Below, in pieces: positions 1-8,290 of a DNA stretch of 24,000 nucleotides (position 1 is the first letter of the stretch; each line of letters begins with the position of its first letter). The notes under the pieces were generated by a model, which was not told where the DNA came from, ran no database searches, and worked only from the letters and a program-made list of their open reading frames with translations. A program made the translations under genes and the position numbers. The DNA comes from Planobispora rosea (GTDB taxonomy: Bacteria; Actinomycetota; Actinomycetes; Streptosporangiales; Streptosporangiaceae), in the NCBI RefSeq assembly GCF_014648175.1, contig NZ_BMQP01000003.1, positions 255,600-279,599 on the forward strand, written 5' to 3'.

Positions 1-1
1 A

Positions 2-880
2 GGATCGAGTACGGCGGCGGTCAGGACCGGGTGGGCCGTCCTCGCCCTGGTGCTGTCGCTGGGCGTGGTCCTCCCCGCTCCCGCCTCGGCCGCCGGCGCG
101 CTGAAGCCCGCGGCGGCCGGGACGCGGGCGACATGGTTGTGGAACCCCGCCGCCGCGCGGCCGGCCGACGTGCTGGCCTGGGCGAAGGGCCGGGGCGTCA
201 AGGAGATCTTCGTCCACGTGGACGCGAGGCTGCCCTCCGACGCGGCCCTGCTGACCAAGCTGCGGGAGCTGAAGCGCGGTACGGACAGGGCCGGGATCCG
301 CCTGACCGCGCTGGGCGGCGATCCGGCCTGGGCTCTGGACCACGCGGCGGCGCGTACCTGGCAGCGGGCCGTCCTCGGCACCAGGCTGTTCGTCGGCAGT
401 CACGTCGACGTGGAGCCGTACGCCCTGCCCGCCTGGCAGACCGACCAGGCCACGGTGGCCGCGGGCCTGCTGCGGATGCTGCAGCTGCTGCAGGCCGACG
501 ACGCGCGCCCGCTGGAGGCCGACATCCCGTTCTGGTACCACACGATCCCCACCGGATCGGGCACCACGCTGGCCGACGGGGTGCTGGCGCGGGTGAACGC
601 GGTCACCGTCATGAGCTACCGCGACACCGCCACCGGCCCCAACTCGATGATGGACGTCAGCGCCGACATCCTCACCCGCGGGACGCGGGCCGGCAAGCCG
701 GTCCGGCTGGCCACCGAGACCGCCCCGCTGGCCGACTGCCTCCACTGCACCTTCCACGAGGAGGGCAGCGCGCGCATGACCTCGGTCCTGGCCGTCGTCG
801 ACGGGGCCGCCCGGGCCTACCCGGCCTTCGCCGGCGTCGCGATCCACCACTACGCGTCCTGGCGGGCGATGAGGCGCTGA
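2..880 (+). CDS. secreted hypothetical protein, 5'-partial (possibly a glycoside-hydrolase-like TIM-barrel fold; weak)
   Basis: The frame of track ORF 50..880 stays open back to base 2. It reads GSSTAAVRTGWAVLALVLSLGVVLPAPASAAG, which looks like a signal-peptide h-region plus an AxA site, so the true start is off-window. Third-position G/C bias is strong. Stop TGA is at 878-880, followed directly by a hairpin. The fold guess rests only on beta/alpha-like segments (EIFVHVD, HVDVEPY, VTVMSYRD). Confidence 0.7.
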   Translation, partial: GSSTAAVRTGWAVLALVLSLGVVLPAPASAAGALKPAAAGTRATWLWNPAAARPADVLAWAKGRGVKEIFVHVDARLPSDAALLTKLRELKRGTDRAGIRLTALGGDPAWALDHAAARTWQRAVLGTRLFVGSHVDVEPYALPAWQTDQATVAAGLLRMLQLLQADDARPLEADIPFWYHTIPTGSGTTLADGVLARVNAVTVMSYRDTATGPNSMMDVSADILTRGTRAGKPVRLATETAPLADCLHCTFHEEGSARMTSVLAVVDGAARAYPAFAGVAIHHYASWRAMRR

Positions 881-918
881 CCGGTCTCCCGCCACGAGGG
901 ACGGGTGCGGGAGGCCGG
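881..918. terminator. stem-loop between convergent genes (candidate bidirectional terminator)
   Basis: CCGGTCTCCCGC (881-892) pairs with GCGGGAGGCCGG (907-918): 12 bp with one G-T wobble and a 14-nt loop. It starts immediately after the stop at 878-880 and lies upstream of the convergent stop at 943. There is no U-tract. Confidence 0.45.
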
Positions 919-942
919 CGCGGCCACGCACGTGCCGGGGCG

Positions 943-3174
943 TCAGCCCAGCGCCTCGACCCGGGCCGGGACGTGCTTGTGCCAGGGGGTTCCCGCGTAG
1001 GGGTCGCGGTCCTCGACGGAGGTCAGCTCGTTGGGGGCGACGCCGGTCACGGTGCCCGCGTACTGCAGGCCGAGGCCGTTGGGGAGCGAGACGTGGCCGG
1101 GCTGGAGGCTGTCGGTCAGCTCCACCGTGACCTCGGCGCTGCCCCGGCGGGTGGTCAGCCGGGCGGGCCCGCCGTCGGCCAGGCCGAGGGCGGCGGCGTC
1201 GCCCGGGTTGACACGCAGCACGCCCGCGCCGTTGCGGCGGCGCCAGGCGGGGTCGCGCACGATGGTGTTGGCGGTGAACGCGCGGCGCTCCCCGGCGGAG
1301 AGCACGAACGGGAACGCGGGATCGGGGCCCGGGACCCCGCCGAGCCGGGAGATCTCCTCCAGCAGTTCGGGGATCTCAAGATGGATCCTCCCGTCCGGCG
1401 TGCCGACGCGGGCGAGCGCGTCACCCGGCTCGTCGACCGCGAACACCACGCCCGACCGGCCGCTCAGGATGGCGTCGAACAGGTTGTCGCCCAGTTCCAG
1501 CCCCTCGCCGGGGATCCCGGCCCGCCGTACGGCCTGGGGATGGGCGAAGGCGACCTTGTGCGCCAGCGCCCACAGGGACGCCGCCGCGGCGGCGCCGTCG
1601 GGCAGGGACGGGCCGAGGGCGCGGTACAGCGCCACCGGGGCGACCGTGGCGAGCGCGGGGTCGGCGGCCGCCGCGGCCAGGAACGCCTCGGCGAACGCGG
1701 CCCGGCCCCGGGACAGCGCCTCGCGCAGCGGGGTGAGGTCGGGGACCGCGCCGATCGCCTCGCAGAGCCGGGAGTGGATCTCGGGCTCGGGCAGCAGGTC
1801 CGAGCCCGGCGGCGGGTCCAGGACCGGGGCGCGCAGGTGGAAGTAGTTGGCCGGGGTCTCGAAGTTGAAGAACGTCGCCTCCCACTTCTCGAACTGGGTG
1901 GGCGCGGGGAGCACGTAGTCCGCCAGCCGGGCGGTCTCGGTCATCGCGACGTCGACGACCACCAGCAGGTCCAGCGCCTCCAGCGCCTCGCGCATCCGTG
2001 CCGAGTCCGCCAGCGAGTGCGCGGGGTTGGCGGTCTCCACGAACATCGCCCGGTAGCGGGCGGGGTGGTCGGTGAGGATCTCCTCGGCGATCACGTTGCA
2101 CGGGACGAGTCCGGAGATGATGCGGGCCCCGGCCACCGGGCTGAAACGGTCGCGCCGGGGGCCCCAGTGGGAGAAGGTGATCATCGGGGCGAACGGGATG
2201 GGCGGGTTGTTCGTGCCGGGGCGTCCGAAGTTCCCGGTGAGCAGGTAGATCAGGTTGTCGAGGTAGCTGTTCAGGGTCGAGTGCGGGGACATCTGCACGC
2301 CCAGGTCCTCGTGGACGGCGACGCCGCGGGCGGAGGCGATCCGCCGGGCGGCGCCGCGGACCAGCCCTTCCGGGACGCCGCAGCCCGCCGCGTACTCCGC
2401 CACCGGGACCTTCGAAAGGACGGTCGTGACCTCGTCGAGTCCCACGGCGTGCCGGGCCAGCCACTCGGTGGCGATCAGATCCTCCTGGACCAGGACGGCC
2501 GCCAGCGCGGTCAGCAGCCAGGCGTCGGTCCCGGGCCGTGGCCGCAGGTGGATGTCCGCCAGCTCGGCGGTCTCGGTGCGGCGCGGGTCGATCACGATCA
2601 GGCAGCGGTCCGGGTCGCGGGCGATCTCGCGCAGCGTGGGGCGGGTCCGCGGGATGCCGTGCGACTGCCAGGGGTTCTTGCCGATGAACAGCGCCACCTC
2701 GCAGCGCTCGAAGTCGCCGAAGGTGACGTTGCCGAGCATCCGGTCCCCGACCCAGAACTGGCCGGTCTTCTCCTGGGCCAGGGCGTTGGAGCGGTAACGG
2801 GCGCCGAGGGCGCGCATGAACGAGCCCGCGTAGGAGCCGCCGAGGTGGTTGCCCTGCCCGCCGCCGCCGTAGTAGAAGATCGACTCTCCGCCGTGGGCGT
2901 CCCGTACGGCCGCGAACCGTTCGGCGACCTCGCCGATGGCGGTGTCCCAGTCCACCCGCTCGAACGTGCCGTCCGGGCGGCGGCGCAGCGGGTGGGTCAG
3001 GCGGTCGGCGCCGTTCTGGTAGTGGTCGAGCCGGAGCGGCTTCTCGCAGGTGTAGCCCTGGGAGGAGGGGTGGGCCTTGTCTCCCCGGACGCGGTCGAAC
3101 CGCCGCCCGTCGAGGCGGATCTCAATGCCGCAGTTGCAGGCGCATAACACGCAGGCGGTGGGCTTCCAGTCCAT
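943..3174 (-). CDS. molybdopterin (bis-MGD) oxidoreductase, formate-dehydrogenase/nitrate-reductase-like catalytic subunit, cytoplasmic
   Basis: 743-aa ORF. The N-terminal Cys cluster CVLCACNCG...GYTCEK fits a Mo/W bis-MGD-type 4Fe-4S domain. Length and motifs such as GKNPWQSHG and VVVDVAMTETA are typical of the family. There is no twin-arginine signal. SD GGAGGAG lies 5 nt upstream of the ATG at 3174. No in-frame TGA, so this is a Cys/Ser rather than a Sec enzyme. Confidence 0.92.
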   Translation of the reverse strand: MDWKPTACVLCACNCGIEIRLDGRRFDRVRGDKAHPSSQGYTCEKPLRLDHYQNGADRLTHPLRRRPDGTFERVDWDTAIGEVAERFAAVRDAHGGESIFYYGGGGQGNHLGGSYAGSFMRALGARYRSNALAQEKTGQFWVGDRMLGNVTFGDFERCEVALFIGKNPWQSHGIPRTRPTLREIARDPDRCLIVIDPRRTETAELADIHLRPRPGTDAWLLTALAAVLVQEDLIATEWLARHAVGLDEVTTVLSKVPVAEYAAGCGVPEGLVRGAARRIASARGVAVHEDLGVQMSPHSTLNSYLDNLIYLLTGNFGRPGTNNPPIPFAPMITFSHWGPRRDRFSPVAGARIISGLVPCNVIAEEILTDHPARYRAMFVETANPAHSLADSARMREALEALDLLVVVDVAMTETARLADYVLPAPTQFEKWEATFFNFETPANYFHLRAPVLDPPPGSDLLPEPEIHSRLCEAIGAVPDLTPLREALSRGRAAFAEAFLAAAAADPALATVAPVALYRALGPSLPDGAAAAASLWALAHKVAFAHPQAVRRAGIPGEGLELGDNLFDAILSGRSGVVFAVDEPGDALARVGTPDGRIHLEIPELLEEISRLGGVPGPDPAFPFVLSAGERRAFTANTIVRDPAWRRRNGAGVLRVNPGDAAALGLADGGPARLTTRRGSAEVTVELTDSLQPGHVSLPNGLGLQYAGTVTGVAPNELTSVEDRDPYAGTPWHKHVPARVEALG

Positions 3175-3196
3175 TCCGGCTCCTCCGGCTCCCTGT

Positions 3197-3211
3197 GTTC
3201 GATTTTCGAAC
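3197..3211. promoter_or_regulatory. perfect inverted repeat GTTCGA-TTT-TCGAAC in the leader of the molybdoenzyme gene (candidate operator)
   Basis: GTTCGA (3197-3202) and TCGAAC (3206-3211) are exact reverse complements in a locally AT-richer patch. The site lies 10 nt upstream of the SD of the minus-strand gene, within the divergent intergenic region 3175-3415. Confidence 0.35.
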
Positions 3212-3415
3212 TCAGGTTAACCGAAGAAGGGTCCGTTGTCTGCGGCCGATTCCCCGGGGCGGTTCCGGTCTCCGGCGGCGGCCGGTGCGCGCACCCGCCT
3301 GAGCCGTGGCCCGTTCAGCGGGCTGCAAGCGGGTTGCCAGTGTGATCCGGGAGTGTCGTGTTTGTGCCGCGCACCACTGGTTCAGTACGACATGCAAGAA
3401 AAGTGAGATAAGAAA

Positions 3416-3964
3416 ATGGCGACCACGGTCAGTCTCCCCCCGAAGATCAACCTTTCCGCTCTCAACGGCCGCCATCACAAGACCGCGCTCATGTTCTACC
3501 TGGCCATCGTGGTGGGCCACTGGGCCGAGCACGTGGTGCAGGCCGTGCAGGTCTACGTCTGGGGCTGGCCGCTGAGCGAGGCCCGGGGCGTGCTCGGCGT
3601 GCCCTTCCCGTGGCTGGTGACCTCGGAGTGGATGCACTACGGGTACGCGCTGATCATGCTCGTGGGCCTCGTCATGCTGCGCGGGGGTTTCGCCGGCAGG
3701 TCGCGCACGTGGTGGAACATCTCCCTGGGCATCCAGGCGTGGCACCACCTGGAGCACCTGCTGCTGCTCCTGCAGAAGCTCAGCGGCCTGCACCTGATGG
3801 GCAAGCCGGCTCCGACGAGCCTCCTGCAGCTGGTCCTGCCCAGGATGGAGCTGCACCTGTTCTACAACGCCCTCGTCTTCGTGCCCATGGTGGTCGCGAT
3901 GCTGATCCACCGCAGTTCCGAGCACGAGGCCGGGGCCTCCTGCACCTGCGCCGTCACGCGCTAG
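3416..3964 (+). CDS. His-box integral membrane protein, about 4 TM helices, unknown function
   Basis: 182-aa ORF with high GC3. Four hydrophobic helices carry clustered histidines: HWAEH in TM1, WMHYGY in TM2, WHHLEH in TM3, and LHLFY...LIH in TM4. ATG start follows an AT-rich leader. Confidence 0.75.
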   Translation: MATTVSLPPKINLSALNGRHHKTALMFYLAIVVGHWAEHVVQAVQVYVWGWPLSEARGVLGVPFPWLVTSEWMHYGYALIMLVGLVMLRGGFAGRSRTWWNISLGIQAWHHLEHLLLLLQKLSGLHLMGKPAPTSLLQLVLPRMELHLFYNALVFVPMVVAMLIHRSSEHEAGASCTCAVTR

Positions 3965-3967
3965 ATC

Positions 3968-4489
3968 ATGACGGTCACCAGACGACGCCTGAGCGGGTTC
4001 GACCTGGCTCTGGTCATCGTGGGGGTGTTGATGCTGTTCGCGTCCGCCCCCGAGTTCGGCCCCGCCATCCGGGCCGCGCGCGCCGACGGGGTGGGCGGCG
4101 TGTTCACCGCCAGGGACCTGCGGTGCGTCCAGCATCCCGGGCACGAGTCCTGTGTCTGGGCCGGGGACTTCGCCTCCGCCGACGGGCGGGTCCTGCGATC
4201 CGGCGTCGAGCTGTACGGCAGCGACCGCGACACGCTCACCGCCGGACAGGCCACCCCGGCCGTGGACACCGGACGCGGGACCCGCGTCTACGGACCGGGC
4301 GGCTCGGGGGAGTGGATGTTCACCACCCTGCTCGCACTGGCCGGGCTGGCCGTGCTGACCACGGTCGCCAGACGCGTGCGGCGGACGGGTGACCGAGGGG
4401 GCGCCCGCGGTCGTGAGGGTCAGCCGGCCGCCGGTCCGCCCTCGGGGACGGTGACCGTGAAGCGGCTGCCGGGGTCGGCCGGGCTGTAG
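3968..4489 (+). CDS. bitopic/2-TM membrane protein with an extracytoplasmic Cys-pair domain, unknown function (DUF3592-like topology)
   Basis: The ATG lies 3 nt after the TAG of the upstream gene, suggesting translational coupling. It has an N-terminal TM (LALVIVGVLMLFA), a soluble middle part with CVQHPGHESC, and a C-terminal TM (MFTTLLALAGLAVLTTV). GC3 is high. The last roughly 70 nt overlap the convergent kinase gene. Confidence 0.7.
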   Translation: MTVTRRRLSGFDLALVIVGVLMLFASAPEFGPAIRAARADGVGGVFTARDLRCVQHPGHESCVWAGDFASADGRVLRSGVELYGSDRDTLTAGQATPAVDTGRGTRVYGPGGSGEWMFTTLLALAGLAVLTTVARRVRRTGDRGGARGREGQPAAGPPSGTVTVKRLPGSAGL

Positions 4490-5604
4490 CGCACGTCCCC
4501 GCCGTGGGCGAGGGCGAGCTCCCGGGTGATCCACAGTCCCAGGCCGACCGACTCGGGGCTGGTGTCGGCGCTGCTGAACCGGGTGAACAACACCTTCTGC
4601 TTCTCCTCGGGCACGCCGGAGCCATGATCGCGCACGTGGATGGCGACCATGCCGGGACCGTCGGGCTCGGCGCTGATGACGATCGGCGGGGCACCGTGCC
4701 GGATGGCGTTGGCGGCGAGGTTGACCAGGATCTGCTCCAGCCGCTGCGGATCGGCCCGGACCGTCAGGTCGTCGCTCACCGACACGCCCACCGGAGCGGT
4801 CAGGTAGCCGACGGCCTCGTCGACCGCGGGGCGCAGCCGGATGGGGCGCAGGTCGAGCTGGAGGCCGCGGCTGTCGACCCGTTCGGCGTCCAGCAGGCTG
4901 GTGGCCAGCCGCCGGATCCGGTTGGTCTGCCGCAGCGCCATGGCGATGAGCTCGTGCCGCTGCTCCGGCGGCAGGTCGTCGCCGTCCTCGCCCAGGGTCT
5001 CCAGGGCGAACTGCACCGAGGTCAGCGGGGAGCGCACGTCGTGGGCGAGCGTGGCGGTCAGCGCCGCCCGCCATCGCTCCATCCGGCGGATCGTGTCGCG
5101 GTCCCGGCGCTGATGGCCGATCTGCCGGGCGATCAGCACGCCGACACTCGTCACCGCGGGGACGAACAGGATCGCGCCGCTGATCACCAGTGGGCCCCGG
5201 TCGTCGAGGACCAGCGGGACCACGTAGCACAGCCCGGCGATCGGGCCCAGGACCAGCACGGTCGTGACGGAGAAGTGCAGTCCCACCCAGGCGAACAGCA
5301 GTGTGAGGAACGGCGCGGTGCCGATCGACCCTCCCTGGAACGCTCCCGTGCAGTAGGAGAGCAGCGCCAGGACGGGCAGGCACAGGGCGAGGGGCGCCCG
5401 CGGACCGGAACGGGACCAGGGGAAGCGCCATGCCACCGCGGCCGTGAGCGCGGCGAGTCCGGAGACCACGAGGAGCTTGGCCTTGTCGCCGGGCGGCGCC
5501 GTCAGCAACCCCACCACCGCCATGACCGCGCCCAGCGTGAACACCATCGCCATCTGCCGCGCGGCGTGCTCCGGCCCCTCCCTCAGCACGGCCTTCTCCA
5601 CCAT
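4420..5604 (-). CDS. sensor histidine kinase, membrane-embedded input (about 6 TM), no partner response regulator in the window
   Basis: H-box LAHDVRSPL, N-box NLAANAIRHG, G1 DHGSGV and G2 GLGLWI are all present. The N-terminal ~165 aa are hydrophobic helices. A GGGGGG SD lies 5 nt upstream of the ATG at 5604. Confidence 0.92.
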   Translation of the reverse strand: MVEKAVLREGPEHAARQMAMVFTLGAVMAVVGLLTAPPGDKAKLLVVSGLAALTAAVAWRFPWSRSGPRAPLALCLPVLALLSYCTGAFQGGSIGTAPFLTLLFAWVGLHFSVTTVLVLGPIAGLCYVVPLVLDDRGPLVISGAILFVPAVTSVGVLIARQIGHQRRDRDTIRRMERWRAALTATLAHDVRSPLTSVQFALETLGEDGDDLPPEQRHELIAMALRQTNRIRRLATSLLDAERVDSRGLQLDLRPIRLRPAVDEAVGYLTAPVGVSVSDDLTVRADPQRLEQILVNLAANAIRHGAPPIVISAEPDGPGMVAIHVRDHGSGVPEEKQKVLFTRFSSADTSPESVGLGLWITRELALAHGGDVRYSPADPGSRFTVTVPEGGPAAG

Positions 5605-5786
5605 ATGAACCCCCCGTCATGAGCTTCCCCAACCCTTCACCATAACAACCGGCGACGATGAGGCGACCCGTGGTGACAGCCGCAGCTCACTGTGGGGGCC
5701 GGGCGGGAGCCCCGTCCGCGACGGGCGGCCCGCGCATCCCGCGCGGCGGCACCTCACGGCTCCTTCCGCGGTCCCCGGCGGACGGA

Positions 5787-5805
5787 CCGGCCGGGATCCT
5801 GCCGG
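5787..5805 (-). terminator. short GC-rich hairpin directly after the cydB stop codon
   Basis: CCGGCCGGGATCCTGCCGG has CCGGC/GCCGG outer arms and a GGATCC core. It lies 2 nt downstream of the cydB stop (5808-5810, minus strand). No U-tract, so it is weak as an intrinsic terminator. Confidence 0.3.
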
Positions 5806-5807
5806 AG

Positions 5808-6749
5808 TCAGGACGGTTCGGCGACGAGGCGCCTGCGGAAGACCCAGTACGACCAGATCTGGTAGCCCACCACGAACGGCAGCGCGACCAGGCCGATCCA
5901 GGTGAGCGTCTGCAGCGTGTACGGTCCCGAGGCGGCCTCGGCGAGGGTGAGGCCGGGGAGCGGAGCCGGCCACAGGGCGCCGAACAGGGCGGTTCCGGTC
6001 AGGGCGATGGACGAGGCGGTGGCGGTGAAGGCCCAGCCGTCCCGGCCGCGCCAGGTCAGGGCCGCTCCGGCGGCCAGGGCCGCGGTCGCGGCCAGCGCGA
6101 GTGCCCAGATCCAGACGGGGGTGGCCGCCCCGGCGGCGGCCGTACCGGCCGAGGGGATGCCGGACAGCGCCGCGACTCCGGCCGGCAGCGCCACCGCGGA
6201 GGTGACCAGCGCGGTGCGGCGGGCCCGGGCGCGTACCGGCCCCAGGGTCTTCAGCGCCACGAAGACCGCCCCGTGCAGCAGGCACAACGACACCGAGAAC
6301 ACCCCGCCGACGAGCATGGCCGTCACGCTGTCGTGCAGCAGGTCGGCGAAGACCGCGCCCCACAGGAAGGCCGGGAGCGCGCTGCCGACGAGGATGCCCA
6401 TGTCGCACCAGGCCCGGTCGGAGGCGTGGTGGACCTTGCCCCGCCACTCCAGGCCGACGCCGCGCACGATCAACCCGACCAGCACCAGCACGATCGGCAG
6501 GTAGAACTCGCTGAGCAGCCCGGCGTACCAGGCGGGGAACGCGGCGAACATCGCGCCCACCGCGGTGATCAGCCAGACCTCGTTGCCGTCCCAGACCGGG
6601 CCGATCGTGCCGAGGACCTGCCTGCGCTCGGCCTCGCCGCGTGACAGCACCGGGGCCAGCATGCCGACGCCGAAGTCGAAGCCCTCCAGGACGAAGAAAC
6701 CGGTCCAGAGGAACGCGATGACCGTGAACCAGACGGTGGTGAGTTCCAT
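5808..6749 (-). CDS. cydB: cytochrome bd ubiquinol/menaquinol oxidase subunit II
   Basis: The N-terminus LEGFDFGVGML...GPVWDGNEVWL is the canonical CydB signature. The protein is polytopic and lies 10 nt downstream of cydA. Confidence 0.95.
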   Translation of the reverse strand: MELTTVWFTVIAFLWTGFFVLEGFDFGVGMLAPVLSRGEAERRQVLGTIGPVWDGNEVWLITAVGAMFAAFPAWYAGLLSEFYLPIVLVLVGLIVRGVGLEWRGKVHHASDRAWCDMGILVGSALPAFLWGAVFADLLHDSVTAMLVGGVFSVSLCLLHGAVFVALKTLGPVRARARRTALVTSAVALPAGVAALSGIPSAGTAAAGAATPVWIWALALAATAALAAGAALTWRGRDGWAFTATASSIALTGTALFGALWPAPLPGLTLAEAASGPYTLQTLTWIGLVALPFVVGYQIWSYWVFRRRLVAEPS

Positions 6750-6759
6750 CGTTTCCCCC

Positions 6760-8268
6760 TCAGTACATCAGGGTCGGCTGGAGCATGACGGCGGTCGTGT
6801 CGCCGTCCCCGCTGCCGGCGGCCGGCGCGGGCGGGGTGGGGGAGGCCTGCTCGGGACCCGCCTTGACGTACCGGACGAGCAGGACGGCCTCGGCCACCGC
6901 GAGCAGGCCGTACAGGATCGTGAAGACCGCCAGGGAGACGGCGACCTCGGTCAGGCTGACGCCGGGGGAGACGCTCGCCGCGGTGAGCAGTTCGCCCTGG
7001 ACGGTCCACGGCTGGCGGCCGATCTCGCTGAGCAGCCAGCCCGCGATCATCGCGAGGGTCGGCAGCGGCAGCGCCAGCAGGCAGGCGCGGGCGAACCAGG
7101 ACGGGATCTCGCGCGGCACCCCGGCGGCGCGGCGGCGCCGGCGGACCGGTCCGCGGGGCGCGGGGTGCCCGCCCGGCGCCAGAGGAGTACGGCGGCGCCG
7201 GGTCAGCCAGAGACCGAGGACCGACAGCCCCGCCGTCGCCATCCCGAAGGTGATCATCACGCGGAAGGAGGCGTAGACCACCGGCACGTTGGGCCGGTAG
7301 TCCCCGGGGCCGAACTTCTTGGCGAACTCGGCCTGCAGGTCCTCGGTGCCCCGGACGACCGCGTCCGGATCGTTGGTGGCCAGGAAGCTGAGCAGCATCG
7401 GCACCTCGATCCCCGGGACCGGGGAGAAGGCCGCGCCCGCGGTGTCGCGCTCAAGCCCTTCGGCGGCGGCCAGCTTCATCGGCTGCTGCTCGTACACGAG
7501 CTTGCCCGACAGGTCCCCGGTGCCCGCGGAGACCACCCCCGCGATCGCCGTCATGACCAGGGCGGCCCGCATCGGCGTGTGCCAGATGCTCGTGGTGGAC
7601 CCGGGGCCCCGGCGCATCGGGACGGTCCGGTCGGGGTCGGCCCGGCGCTCCTTCAGGATGTTGTAGCCGCAGACCGCGAGCACGAACGCGCCCGCGACGA
7701 TGAAGGCCCCCGCCACCACGTGGGGAACCTGGGCGAGCGCGGTGGAGTTGGTGAGCACGGCCCACAGGTCCGTCATCCGGGCCCTGCCGTCCACCACCTC
7801 GTAGCCGACCGGGTGCTTCATCCAGGCGTTGGCGGCCAGGATGAAGTAGGCCGACAGGTTGGAGCCGATGACCGCGGCCCAGATCGTGGCCAGGTGCACC
7901 CGCTTGGGGAGCTTGTCCCAGCCGAAGATCCACAACCCGATGAAGGTCGACTCCAGGAAGAACGCGAGCAGCGCCTCCAGCGCCAGCGGGGCGCCGAAGA
8001 CGTCGCCGACGAAGACCGAGTACTCGCTCCAGTTCATCCCGAACTGGAACTCCTGCACGATGCCGGTGACCACGCCCATCGCGAAGTTGATCAGGAAGAG
8101 CTTCCCGAAGAACTTCGTCAGCCTCAGGTAGTGCTCCTTGCCCGTACGGTGCCAGGCGGTCTGCAGGCCGGCCACGAAGACGCCGAGCCCGATCGTCAGA
8201 GGTACGAACAGAAAGTGGTACACGGTGGTGACCCCGAACTGCCACCGCGCCAGGTCAAGCGCCTCCAT
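6760..8268 (-). CDS. cydA: cytochrome bd ubiquinol/menaquinol oxidase subunit I
   Basis: LDLARWQFGVTTVYHFLFVPLTIGL, GVVTGIVQEFQFGMNW and EIGRQPW are canonical CydA motifs. SD GGGGAG (8273-8278) lies upstream of the ATG at 8268. Confidence 0.97.
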   Translation of the reverse strand: MEALDLARWQFGVTTVYHFLFVPLTIGLGVFVAGLQTAWHRTGKEHYLRLTKFFGKLFLINFAMGVVTGIVQEFQFGMNWSEYSVFVGDVFGAPLALEALLAFFLESTFIGLWIFGWDKLPKRVHLATIWAAVIGSNLSAYFILAANAWMKHPVGYEVVDGRARMTDLWAVLTNSTALAQVPHVVAGAFIVAGAFVLAVCGYNILKERRADPDRTVPMRRGPGSTTSIWHTPMRAALVMTAIAGVVSAGTGDLSGKLVYEQQPMKLAAAEGLERDTAGAAFSPVPGIEVPMLLSFLATNDPDAVVRGTEDLQAEFAKKFGPGDYRPNVPVVYASFRVMITFGMATAGLSVLGLWLTRRRRTPLAPGGHPAPRGPVRRRRRAAGVPREIPSWFARACLLALPLPTLAMIAGWLLSEIGRQPWTVQGELLTAASVSPGVSLTEVAVSLAVFTILYGLLAVAEAVLLVRYVKAGPEQASPTPPAPAAGSGDGDTTAVMLQPTLMY

Positions 8269-8290
8269 GATGCTCCCCGTGGATCCGAAG

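Noticed and set aside
31-3147. 1038-aa ORF on the + strand spanning the first 3 kb
   Set aside because: It overlaps the + strand signal-peptide gene in another frame and is antisense to the molybdoenzyme gene, whose motifs are unambiguous. The translation is Arg/Gly/Ala/Pro-rich and low in complexity with no motifs. It is a typical stop-free shadow frame of high-GC DNA.
943-3174. Selenocysteine (in-frame TGA plus SECIS) in the formate-dehydrogenase-like molybdoenzyme
   Set aside because: The 743-codon frame has no internal TGA, so there is no recoding event.
3212-5632. 806-aa ORF on the - strand
   Set aside because: It runs antisense through the two + strand membrane genes and off-frame through the histidine kinase. 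The translation is Arg/Gly/Pro-rich, whereas the competing frames carry clear TM helices and kinase boxes.
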